Below are positions 1 through 7,951 of a DNA stretch of 64,000 nt, in pieces; the first letter of the stretch is position 1; every line of letters begins with the position of its first letter. The notes below the pieces were generated by a model. The model was not told the DNA's origin and ran no database searches. It was given only the letters and a program-made list of their open reading frames with translations. The translations under genes and the position numbers were made by a program. Origin of the DNA: an uncultured archaeon (lineage in GTDB: Archaea > Altiarchaeota > Altiarchaeia > IMC4 > QMZM01); NCBI GenBank assembly GCA_964549685.1, contig CAZJVE010000002.1, positions 32,001-96,000 of the forward strand, written 5' to 3'.

Positions 1-247
1 CCTTGGCTGTGAAGAAGTACTCCATGGCGACTATAACTAGCAGGCCGAGAAACGCAACGAAAACGAAATACTCAAAATAAAGAAAACTTATCATGGCGCT
101 GAGAGTTCCGAAGAGCGAGATGATTATGAAGGTCCTTATCCCGGCGCCCCCTATACCTCTGTGCCTTTTGCGCTCTCTCTCCATGCCAATGAGCGCACCA
201 ATCAGCATCGCAACGAAAAAGCCGTAGAGGATGTTGTAGTCCATCAT
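1..247 (-). CDS. MgtC/SapB family membrane protein (5' part; runs off window start)
   Basis: Manual translation from ATG at 247: MMDYNILYGFFVAMLIGALIGMERERKRHRGIGGAGIRTFIIISLFG. The LIG-x-ERE and AGIRTF motifs are typical of MgtC/SapB. Not in the ORF track because it is truncated. Confidence 0.85.
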   Translation of the reverse strand, partial: MMDYNILYGFFVAMLIGALIGMERERKRHRGIGGAGIRTFIIISLFGTLSAMISFLYFEYFVFVAFLGLLVIVAMEYFFTAK

Positions 248-393
248 TACTTATTCGTTCAAGAGGTTTTTATACCTATCTGTTCAGTAGACGGGAAGAC
301 GACAGCCGGAATTCCTCCGCATTCCACCGGGGAATTCAAGGTGCACTCGGCCCGCAGGCCGACGTGCGCCAAATGATCAAACTTTTTTAAGTT

Positions 394-476
394 TGCGGGG
401 GACGAGGTTCGAACTCGCGTAGACCTGCGCCACTAGGTCCTAAGCCTAGCCCCTTTGACCACTCGGGCACCCCCGC
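394..476 (-). tRNA. tRNA-Leu (anticodon TAG), long variable arm, no intron, no encoded CCA
   Basis: Reverse complement GCGGGGGTGCCCGAGTGGTCAAAGGGGCTAGGCTTAGGACCTAGTGGCGCAGGTCTACGCGAGTTCGAACCTCGTCCCCCGCA. Anticodon stem CTAGG/CCTAG, loop CTTAGGA, T-loop TTCGAAC. Confidence 0.96.
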
Positions 477-538
477 AAATGAAAGGGATGAACTATTAGG
501 TACTATATAGGATGGCTACAGAAATAAATGCGCCCTCA

Positions 539-868
539 TCAGGCCTTCTTCTCCAGTTTCTCCAATCTGTGCTCCAGGTCCCTGATTCTCCAGCCGCTGA
601 CCTCCTTACCCTTTCCTCTCCTGAGGCTCTTTATCTCCTCATCGCCCTTCTTGAGCAGCTCCTGGTCAATCCCAAGAACCCTCTCAATATCGTCTAGCTC
701 CCCCCTGTATCTAAACAGAACGCCGCATATCATCATGACGCATGAAAGCACGAGCAGGACGGCGCTGAAGCTGCTAATTCCCGTGTAAAAGACGTCCTTC
801 AGCGACATTATTGCAAGAACTATCCCACTGCCTACAAAGACAATGGCAATGAAGAGGTTTGTTTTCAT
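539..868 (-). CDS. Hypothetical membrane protein (2 TM helices plus charged coiled-coil tail)
   Basis: 109 aa with two hydrophobic segments. Start overlaps the stop of the upstream ORF (ATGA-type coupling). Confidence 0.75.
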   Translation of the reverse strand: MKTNLFIAIVFVGSGIVLAIMSLKDVFYTGISSFSAVLLVLSCVMMICGVLFRYRGELDDIERVLGIDQELLKKGDEEIKSLRRGKGKEVSGWRIRDLEHRLEKLEKKA

Positions 869-2109
869 TCTATACGTGTTTGCTCTCCTCCACCCTTTTG
901 TTTAGGCTCCTCCGCCTTCCTATCCTCCTGATGGGGTTTCTCTACTACTCTATCCTCCTGCTTAGGCTCCTCCGCCTTCCTATCTTCATGACCTGGTTCC
1001 TCTACCGTCTTCTCTTCCTGCTTAGGTTCCTCACCCTTCTCATCATCCTGTTTGGCTTCCTCCACCACTCTACTCTCCTGCTTAGGTTCCTCAGCCCTCC
1101 CATCCCCCTGACTAGGGCCCTCCACTTTCTCGATAACGCTATTGTAAAGGTCCTCCAGCTCCTTGTCGAACCTATCCGCTGTTATGAACCTGCCCCCTCC
1201 GACACCATCCAGCTTCTCCTGCATGGATTCCAGGCTGGACAGCGAGCTGTTCGCATTGCTAATCATGGAATCGAGTTCTTTCTTCTTCCCCTCCATCTCC
1301 GATGCAATGTTCTTGATGGAGGTCACACTTGCTTCAAACTCGCCCTTTATCTTGCTTATATCGTCTTTGGTTACGAGCTCGTCGAAATGCACCTTCATCT
1401 TGCTCGCGTCCTTCATGAATACGTTGAATGATTTCTCGAGGGACTCGAATTTCTCGGACATCTTCAGGAACTCGTTGAATCTCTTCTGCATGTTGACATA
1501 GAGCTCCTCGACCTTGTCTGCGTGCTTCTCCACACTCAATTCAACCCTTTTGATATTCGCAAGCTCCTCTTTAATCTCCTCATTCAACTGTATGACTGCT
1601 TCCGTGCCCCGGAACGCGGCCGTTTCCGCCTTCAGGGTCTTTATCTCGTCCGCTATATGGCCCATCAACTCCTCATCGGCCTTCAGCTTTGCCTCAAGCT
1701 TTGTGACCTTGGCATCCTCCTTTTCCAGGTCCATCCTCAGCTTTTCTGGCTGCACCGAGCCTACCAAGTCAACTGCCCTGCTGGATTCCATCCTCATCCT
1801 GTTCATCCCCTTTTCCATCTCGACGCCGCTCCTGCGCAAGTCGCCAATCTCCTCGCTCATCCTCTGGAACCTCTGCTCGTTCAGCTGCCTTATCTCCCTG
1901 AACGACTGCACCTCGGCCTTCAGCTTATCGATGTCCATACCTATCTTTTTCGTGACATCGTCGGGGTCTCTCGGGATTATCTCCCTCTGGACCGGTTCTG
2001 CTGCCTCCGGCTCCTTGCTGCCGCGCACGTTCTCTTCGATGATTTTGTCTATGTCTGCCTGCTCATCAGCACCTTTGCCTCTTTTCAATATGTTGGGTAA
2101 TCCTACCAT
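865..2109 (-). CDS. Hypothetical long coiled-coil protein with C-terminal acidic repeats
   Basis: 414 aa, E/K-rich heptad pattern, ending in 10-aa EEPKQE-type repeats. Confidence 0.8.
   Translation of the reverse strand: MVGLPNILKRGKGADEQADIDKIIEENVRGSKEPEAAEPVQREIIPRDPDDVTKKIGMDIDKLKAEVQSFREIRQLNEQRFQRMSEEIGDLRRSGVEMEKGMNRMRMESSRAVDLVGSVQPEKLRMDLEKEDAKVTKLEAKLKADEELMGHIADEIKTLKAETAAFRGTEAVIQLNEEIKEELANIKRVELSVEKHADKVEELYVNMQKRFNEFLKMSEKFESLEKSFNVFMKDASKMKVHFDELVTKDDISKIKGEFEASVTSIKNIASEMEGKKKELDSMISNANSSLSSLESMQEKLDGVGGGRFITADRFDKELEDLYNSVIEKVEGPSQGDGRAEEPKQESRVVEEAKQDDEKGEEPKQEEKTVEEPGHEDRKAEEPKQEDRVVEKPHQEDRKAEEPKQKGGGEQTRIE
901..1100. repeat. 60-bp period imperfect tandem repeat (about 3.3 units, each two ~30-bp subunits)
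   Basis: Positions 901, 961, 1021 and 1081 each begin (t/c)ttagg(c/t)tcctc. Encodes the AEEPKQE repeats. Confidence 0.9.
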
Positions 2110-2146
2110 CTTCGGTTAGATATTTTATTTAGTAGTTATTATACAT

Positions 2147-2872
2147 CTAGTAATAGGGAGTCGGTATCCCCAGGAACAGCGTGCTCAGGACAAGCAGGAG
2201 CATTCCTGCAATGGCTGCCGTGAGCATCAGTGCAAGGAAGACGTACATCGCCCTGCTGAACCCGAATATTATCTTTATCCCGAGGTACAGGACATATATC
2301 GAATATGCAAGTGCTATGTAGTGTATAATCGTGCTCTCGAGAAACAGCCTGAATATGCCTGTAATGAGGGCAGGCACCATGAAGTACAATGTAAGCGACG
2401 TTGCCTCCTCGTTTGTTACAGCCTTGCCGACAAGACGCTCCCCCTTGAAACGAAGCACAATCGCTGTCGCTATTGTAACAAAGACGTATGACATCCAGTA
2501 GACATACCCCAGCTTTATCGACGTGATTACCGCATGCACCGGGTATGAGAAGAATATGAAGTGCAGCGTATACCCAAGGAAAACGGACAAACCAAGGAGC
2601 AGCAGCAGCCTGACCGTATAGTTGCCATACCAGAGCGCAATGAGAAGAGCGACAGAGAGCGCAACCAATAATATCATCCAGTCGGATATGAAAACGCAGG
2701 ACATCAGCGACAGCAGGGCCCAGAGGAACATGACGTAGATGTTCATGCCCTCCCTCTTCCCTAACCCTCTAAAGAAGTCCCCCGCAGCATACGGGTTCAT
2801 CAGCTTGGCCAGGTCTTTCAGGGTCCACCCAATGGCATCATGGATATCGGGAATATCAAGTCTGAATCCCAT
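2147..2872 (-). CDS. Polytopic membrane protein (Yip1-like topology, unassigned)
   Basis: Start re-assigned to ATG 2872 (MGFRLDIP) because the longer ORF overlaps thiI. About 6-7 hydrophobic segments. Confidence 0.7.
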   Translation of the reverse strand: MGFRLDIPDIHDAIGWTLKDLAKLMNPYAAGDFFRGLGKREGMNIYVMFLWALLSLMSCVFISDWMILLVALSVALLIALWYGNYTVRLLLLLGLSVFLGYTLHFIFFSYPVHAVITSIKLGYVYWMSYVFVTIATAIVLRFKGERLVGKAVTNEEATSLTLYFMVPALITGIFRLFLESTIIHYIALAYSIYVLYLGIKIIFGFSRAMYVFLALMLTAAIAGMLLLVLSTLFLGIPTPYY

Positions 2873-2905
2873 TTTAATTACTAATTGGTATAACCTCCAA
2901 TAAAA

Positions 2906-3997
2906 ATGTATAATATGGTCATTGTTCGCTATGGGGAGATATTCCTCAAGAGCGAGCCGGTCAGGAAGCGGTTCGAGGACAGGCTCCTGGAGGACATAAG
3001 GCGCAGGCTGAAGGGCGCCGAGTTCAAGATAAAGAGGAAGAGGCACAGAATCTATGTTGTAACCAAGGAGCCGGAAAAGGTTGCAGCGCTCCTTACCAGG
3101 GTGTTTGGGATTGTCTCTGTGAGTCCCGCGGTCGAGGCCTCCTCTGACATGGACGAGATAGTCGAGACGGCGCTTGCATTAGCAAAGGACGCAATCCTTC
3201 CTAACGAAACCTTCGCAGTCCGTGCAGAGCGCACAGGCAACCACGAATTCAGCAGCAAGGATGTGGAAGAAAAGGCCGGCAGGGAAATTCTGAATTCCCT
3301 TGATACTAAAGTAAATCTCAGCAACCCCGACAAGACCATATACGTTGAGGTCCGTGACGAGGTCGCATTCGTCTTCGATCGGAAAATAAAGGGCCCCGGG
3401 GGACTGCCCTCCGGAACGCAGGGCAAGCTAATCTCCCTCCTCTCCGCAGGAATCGACTCCCCAGTAGCTACATGGATGATGATGAAGCGCGGCTGCAGGA
3501 TAATTGCCCTCCATGCCGGGAACGAGAAGGAGGTCGAGGGAATTCTGGAGAGATTGAGGGAATATGGTAGTGACATTGAATTAAAATGTTTTGACATTTC
3601 CGGCATCCAGAAAGAAGCCAACAGAGTCGCCGGGAAATTCACCTGTCTAATCTGCAAGAGAACCATGTATAAAATTGCAGGAATTCTTGCAGAGAGGGAA
3701 CACGCCCTTGGAATCTGCACCGGCGAGAGCCTTGGACAGGTCGCGAGCCAGACCATCGACAACCTGGAGATTCTGGACAACGCAGCCAGCCTGCCGGTCT
3801 ACAGGCCATTAATCGGCATGGACAAGGAGGAGACCATAGCCATCGCAAAGAGGATTGGGACCTTCGAGCACGCCTCAAACAAGGGCTGCGACTTCGTCCC
3901 GAAAAAGCCGGCCACCAGGGCAGACCTCACCGAGATAGAGAAGCTCGAGGAAAAGCTCGGCATCAATGAACTGATTGAAAAATGTCTGAGCCAGTAG
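2906..3997 (+). CDS. thiI: tRNA 4-thiouridine synthase ThiI (THUMP + PP-loop, no rhodanese domain)
   Basis: VRYGEIFLKS start, THUMP domain, GPGGLPSGTQG, PP-loop SAGIDS, CLIC, GESLGQVASQT, RPLIG. Confidence 0.95.
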   Translation: MYNMVIVRYGEIFLKSEPVRKRFEDRLLEDIRRRLKGAEFKIKRKRHRIYVVTKEPEKVAALLTRVFGIVSVSPAVEASSDMDEIVETALALAKDAILPNETFAVRAERTGNHEFSSKDVEEKAGREILNSLDTKVNLSNPDKTIYVEVRDEVAFVFDRKIKGPGGLPSGTQGKLISLLSAGIDSPVATWMMMKRGCRIIALHAGNEKEVEGILERLREYGSDIELKCFDISGIQKEANRVAGKFTCLICKRTMYKIAGILAEREHALGICTGESLGQVASQTIDNLEILDNAASLPVYRPLIGMDKEETIAIAKRIGTFEHASNKGCDFVPKKPATRADLTEIEKLEEKLGINELIEKCLSQ

Positions 3998-4701
3998 TCT
4001 TGTTCTCTGCCAAGGATTTGGCAGGAAGGAACATCGTAAGCCGGTTGGGGAAGGCCACCAAGCTCTCTGACTCTGCCCTCTACATGGAAGGGCTCGACCT
4101 CGACCCCTCCGTCGCCATCGTCGCATCGCGCCACTCCTCAAAGTCAGGCACCCCGACTCTAACTTGCCACTCCCCCGGGAACTTCGGCAAGGCCGAGGCA
4201 GGAGGAAACCCAAGGCAGCTGGGAATCGCCCCGGCGCTCTATCTGAGGGAGGCTCTCCTCAATCTTAAAGAGAATTCCCCGGCGGGCTACGAGGTATCGT
4301 TCGAGGTCACCCACCACGGTCCCACAGCATTGAAATTCCCAATAATGTTTGTGGAAGTGGGAAGTACAGAGAAGGAATGGGGGGACATGCAGGCGTGCAG
4401 CTTCGTTGCAGGAGTAATAGAAAAATTATTGAATTCACCCCCCGCGGAAATTCCTCCCGCTATTGGTTTTGGTGGTGGCCATTATTGTAGAAAATTCTCA
4501 AAAATATCCGAATTTGCCCTTGGGCATATCTGCCCAAAGTACAGCATCCCCCACCTGGACGCAGAGATGCTGGAGCAGATGATAACCAGAACCGTCCCTG
4601 AACCAAAAGCAGCGCTGGTCGAGAAGAAGGGATTGGGGCCGGATAAGAGGAGGGTTTTGGCTCTCATAGAAGAAACTGAGCTTGAGGTTGTGGTGGTGTG
4701 A
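3982..4701 (+). CDS. dtdA: Archaeal-type D-aminoacyl-tRNA deacylase (DTD2/GEK1 family)
   Basis: SRHSS, LTCHSPGNF, EVTHHGPT, FVEVGS, GFGGGHY and GHICPKY motifs. Confidence 0.92.
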   Translation: MSEPVVLFSAKDLAGRNIVSRLGKATKLSDSALYMEGLDLDPSVAIVASRHSSKSGTPTLTCHSPGNFGKAEAGGNPRQLGIAPALYLREALLNLKENSPAGYEVSFEVTHHGPTALKFPIMFVEVGSTEKEWGDMQACSFVAGVIEKLLNSPPAEIPPAIGFGGGHYCRKFSKISEFALGHICPKYSIPHLDAEMLEQMITRTVPEPKAALVEKKGLGPDKRRVLALIEETELEVVVV

Positions 4702-4753
4702 GTGGGGTGACTCTCGAGGTTCTGAAATTTATGGAGATGGCGAGTGGGTTGAA

Positions 4754-4767
4754 GAGTTAGGCACTAC
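4754..4767 (+). repeat. 14-bp direct repeat copy 1 (GAGTTAGGCACTAC)
   Basis: Identical 14-mer at 6308..6321. Confidence 0.85.
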
Positions 4768-4802
4768 GCTATTACCTTTTCTTTTGGGAAATCTAATCCT
4801 AC

Positions 4803-6299
4803 ATGATGAAGAGATATGTTATTCTTGTTCTGGTCTTGGTAGTTGTGATGAGTGGATGTGTTGAAAAACAGATTCCAGCAACTACAACTACGGTCGTAAG
4901 CACCACCACAATTCAGCCTAAGGAAGTGATTGTCCTTACGGATAAGTCTGAGTACGTGCAGGGAGAAGTAGTAGATGTTGCAGTTACAAATTACTTAGAT
5001 GAGAGCGTATGGTATCGGAAATGGTGTGGGATGTTGTCATTTTGGTTTTTAGAAAAAGATGTAGGTGGTGAGTGGGAAGGAGTTCAGATAAGAGGGCCTT
5101 GCTTGTCTGCAACATCTCCACTATTTATAGAATTGGAGTCGGGGGGCAGCATTAGCAGTAGTTGGGATATGTACTGGTACGTGGGAGGATGGAACTACAG
5201 CAAGCCTGTTGAGAACCTTGGTCTAGCTGAACCAGGCACATACAGATTTGGTTTTGTCTATCATCCCAACTGCAGTAAAGTGCAAGATTATTATGACTGT
5301 AAGTATCCGCTGAATCCAATAACGGTTTACTCGAATGAATTTACTGTCAAAGAGGGTCAGAATATAACCACAACCAGCACAACCACGACTGTAATCACCT
5401 ATCCACGGGGAGTTGAGTTTGAGGCATTATCCCAGAGCCTCAGATGCAATAGAGCTAGAGGGTCATCAAGAGATGTGATAAAAACTGAAGAGGAACTAAA
5501 AGAGATGTGGGATTCTGATTTAGGTGAACTTCCAAAGGTAAATTTTTCCGATGAGATGGTGCTTGCGGTGTTTTACGGCAGTACAAGCGGAAAGGGTATT
5601 GAAATAACTGAAATTCTGGAGATGGAGGACAAGATCGTAGTGATTTTTGATATAAGATACTGGATTGATAATACGAGACGTCGTTCGAACCCGTGCTACA
5701 TTGTAAGCATAGGTAGAACGGATAAACCAATCGTGTTCGTTGAGAATAGGAAATACTGCACAGGGGATGGGGATTGCGTACTGGGCCCAAGAGAATCGGC
5801 TTCGCTCTACTTCTATGAGTGGTGCGATCAAAGCGAGTGCATCAACAACGAAGGATACGGGGAGGAAAAAACAAAATATGCTAACAAGACGGACTGCAAG
5901 GTCCAGCATGCACCCGTATCCTGCACATGTGTCGATAGCACATGCACTGCAATATCTGAGGACGAAATCTCGGAGTATCTGGTCAAAAAATACGAACCAT
6001 ATCCCTGGCACGGCATGCCGCAGGTTTTTTCTGATGAGATTGTTAACGAGACGTTGAGTCAGAATCAGGAGCTGGTGAACTTTATAATCGATAGATTTAA
6101 CACCACAAATGATTTTGATATATTTGAAAAAATAAGTCAGTTTAAGAGTATTACACTAACAAAAACTGATTTCGGTTATAATTTCACTTTTAGTAGCGGG
6201 GGCTGCGTCGTTACCACATACGAAGGAAAGATAAGGATTGACGCAGGTCAGATAATTGATGAGGTAACGAGTGAGGTTGATAGATCTATTCCTTGCTGA
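4803..6299 (+). CDS. Secreted lipoprotein-like hypothetical protein (Ig-like, PrcB C-terminal-like and Cys-rich segments)
   Basis: Signal with lipobox-like VVMSGC, Thr-rich linkers, LPKVNFSDEMVLAVFYG segment resembling PrcB_C. Visibly more AT-rich than its neighbours. Confidence 0.75.
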   Translation: MMKRYVILVLVLVVVMSGCVEKQIPATTTTVVSTTTIQPKEVIVLTDKSEYVQGEVVDVAVTNYLDESVWYRKWCGMLSFWFLEKDVGGEWEGVQIRGPCLSATSPLFIELESGGSISSSWDMYWYVGGWNYSKPVENLGLAEPGTYRFGFVYHPNCSKVQDYYDCKYPLNPITVYSNEFTVKEGQNITTTSTTTTVITYPRGVEFEALSQSLRCNRARGSSRDVIKTEEELKEMWDSDLGELPKVNFSDEMVLAVFYGSTSGKGIEITEILEMEDKIVVIFDIRYWIDNTRRRSNPCYIVSIGRTDKPIVFVENRKYCTGDGDCVLGPRESASLYFYEWCDQSECINNEGYGEEKTKYANKTDCKVQHAPVSCTCVDSTCTAISEDEISEYLVKKYEPYPWHGMPQVFSDEIVNETLSQNQELVNFIIDRFNTTNDFDIFEKISQFKSITLTKTDFGYNFTFSSGGCVVTTYEGKIRIDAGQIIDEVTSEVDRSIPC

Positions 6300-6307
6300 G
6301 GTAGAGT

Positions 6308-6321
6308 GAGTTAGGCACTAC
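6308..6321 (+). repeat. 14-bp direct repeat copy 2 (GAGTTAGGCACTAC)
   Basis: Identical to 4754..4767. Starts 9 nt after the stop of the enclosed gene. Confidence 0.85.
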
Positions 6322-6377
6322 ATCTGTGTGCTATCAGTTACTCCTGCAAAACTTGGATTGCGACGAGGTTCTTTAAA

Positions 6378-6902
6378 TCAGGCCTTAATCTTTTTAGCTA
6401 TTTCAGCTCTGAGCTCTTCTTTTTCTTCTTTCGATATTCCAGCACATCCCTCTTTGCTGACTAATGAATCTACCATGTTAACTGCAAAATCAATTCGTTT
6501 TTCTTTTGGCATGTAAGGAAACATAGCATCAAGGCAATGCGGCATCATCTTCATCATCATATTTGGCATCAGCATACCTCCATCAACATTATCCTTACCC
6601 ATCATTTTCATCATTGCCGGCATCATTTTTTCCATGAATTTCGGCAGTGCATCCATTAGTTTAGGAATTGCTTCACTTAGTGAAGTAACTCCCTTCAATA
6701 TTTCAGGAAACAATTTTTTAAGAATATTAAACACATCATCTAAACTGATGTTTTTCATCATCCCACTCATCATCTGTGGCATAACCTCTGCCATATCGAC
6801 GCCTTCCATCATCTTTGGCATCATCTTAAGCATCATATCCTCTTTCTCCTCTTTACTCATTCTAGAAATCATCATATCCATCATCTTATCCATTATCCCC
6901 AT
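6378..6902 (-). CDS. Methionine-rich hypothetical protein
   Basis: ATG at 6902 preceded by a strong SD GAGGAGGTG (6909-6917). About one residue in five is Met. AT-rich DNA. Confidence 0.75.
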   Translation of the reverse strand: MGIMDKMMDMMISRMSKEEKEDMMLKMMPKMMEGVDMAEVMPQMMSGMMKNISLDDVFNILKKLFPEILKGVTSLSEAIPKLMDALPKFMEKMMPAMMKMMGKDNVDGGMLMPNMMMKMMPHCLDAMFPYMPKEKRIDFAVNMVDSLVSKEGCAGISKEEKEELRAEIAKKIKA

Positions 6903-6976
6903 TTTACCCACCTCCTCAAAATTATCTATCCTATCTTAACTATCTTAACGATACTATATTAATCATTTTTCTGACG

Positions 6977-7951
6977 TTAACCCTCTCTCCTTTCCCTGTG
7001 TCTGGGCTCGAGTTCGTTCTCCTTGGCGAACTGGTCCAGTATTCCTCCCACCTTCACTTTCCTTGTGAGGTAGTCGGCAATCCTGACGGGGTACAGCTGC
7101 GGGTGGAGGAGGTCGTCCTCCCTAGCCCAGATTGCGACGAGGTTCTCCAAATCAGGGACGAAATCGGGGTATGCGAACTCCCACTTTACTGTGAGGGGGC
7201 TGCTCTTTCTGGAGGGAACATAGCTCAGCGCCTTCGAGGGCAGTTTCACATAGCAAATATTGACGCCGTCCTGCTCCTGCACCACGAACTCGTTCTCCTC
7301 GAGGGCGAGGTCGAACACCGCGATGTCCGTCAGCTTGGTTCCAAGGGACCTGGCGATTCCTACTGATGCAGAGTCCTCGACCATGCCGACGAGCCTTCCG
7401 GAATCCCTCAGCTTGTTGTAGAGGTTCATCAGCGTTTCACTGCCCTTGATTCTCTTGAGAACGGTGGAGATGCTGCCGTCGAGGAGGAGGTAGTCTGCAT
7501 TGGAATCCATCTCCTTGAAGGAGTCCAACAATGATTTGTATTCATATGCGACTCTAATAATATTTGAATTCTCCTCAATTCCATCATGGTTTTCAAATTT
7601 TCCGATGTCGAGAGTTGAGTTGTACTGCAGGTCCCTGTAAAGTATCTTCCTGCCGCCGACCAGCGGGTCTTCATGCATCGAGTTGTCGAAGATTCCGAAA
7701 AGGCTCACGGCATGAATCGCCCAGAGGGCTGCGAACCTCATCTCCTTGGACACAATGGATGAGTCGACTGCCAGAATCCTGGTCTCCCCTTCCTGAGCCC
7801 CGGGGTTCAGCTTCTTTATCGCGAACTGCGCCGATACTGCATCCCTCAGCTCTGCAGAATCAACATCTATGTGAATGGACTCTTTCAGTTTCAGAAACTT
7901 GTCCTCCAGAATCTCAGCATTAAAATCAAAATCAGGTGTTAGTTCCTTCAT
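6977..7951 (-). CDS. nurA: NurA family nuclease
   Basis: RNase H-like acidic motifs ILAVDSS and LLLDGSI, GMVED, and C-terminal YPVRIAD. Size 324 aa fits NurA. Confidence 0.8.
   Translation of the reverse strand: MKELTPDFDFNAEILEDKFLKLKESIHIDVDSAELRDAVSAQFAIKKLNPGAQEGETRILAVDSSIVSKEMRFAALWAIHAVSLFGIFDNSMHEDPLVGGRKILYRDLQYNSTLDIGKFENHDGIEENSNIIRVAYEYKSLLDSFKEMDSNADYLLLDGSISTVLKRIKGSETLMNLYNKLRDSGRLVGMVEDSASVGIARSLGTKLTDIAVFDLALEENEFVVQEQDGVNICYVKLPSKALSYVPSRKSSPLTVKWEFAYPDFVPDLENLVAIWAREDDLLHPQLYPVRIADYLTRKVKVGGILDQFAKENELEPRHRERREG

Noticed and set aside
901-1100. CRISPR array
   Set aside because: The repeats are contiguous, degenerate and in-frame within a CDS, with no unique spacers and no cas genes.
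4700-6330. Integron attC sites or cassette array (GTTAGGC matches GTTRRRY)
   Set aside because: No complementary RYYYAAC inverse core or attC-like palindrome upstream of either copy, and no integrase in the window. Kept only as a direct repeat.
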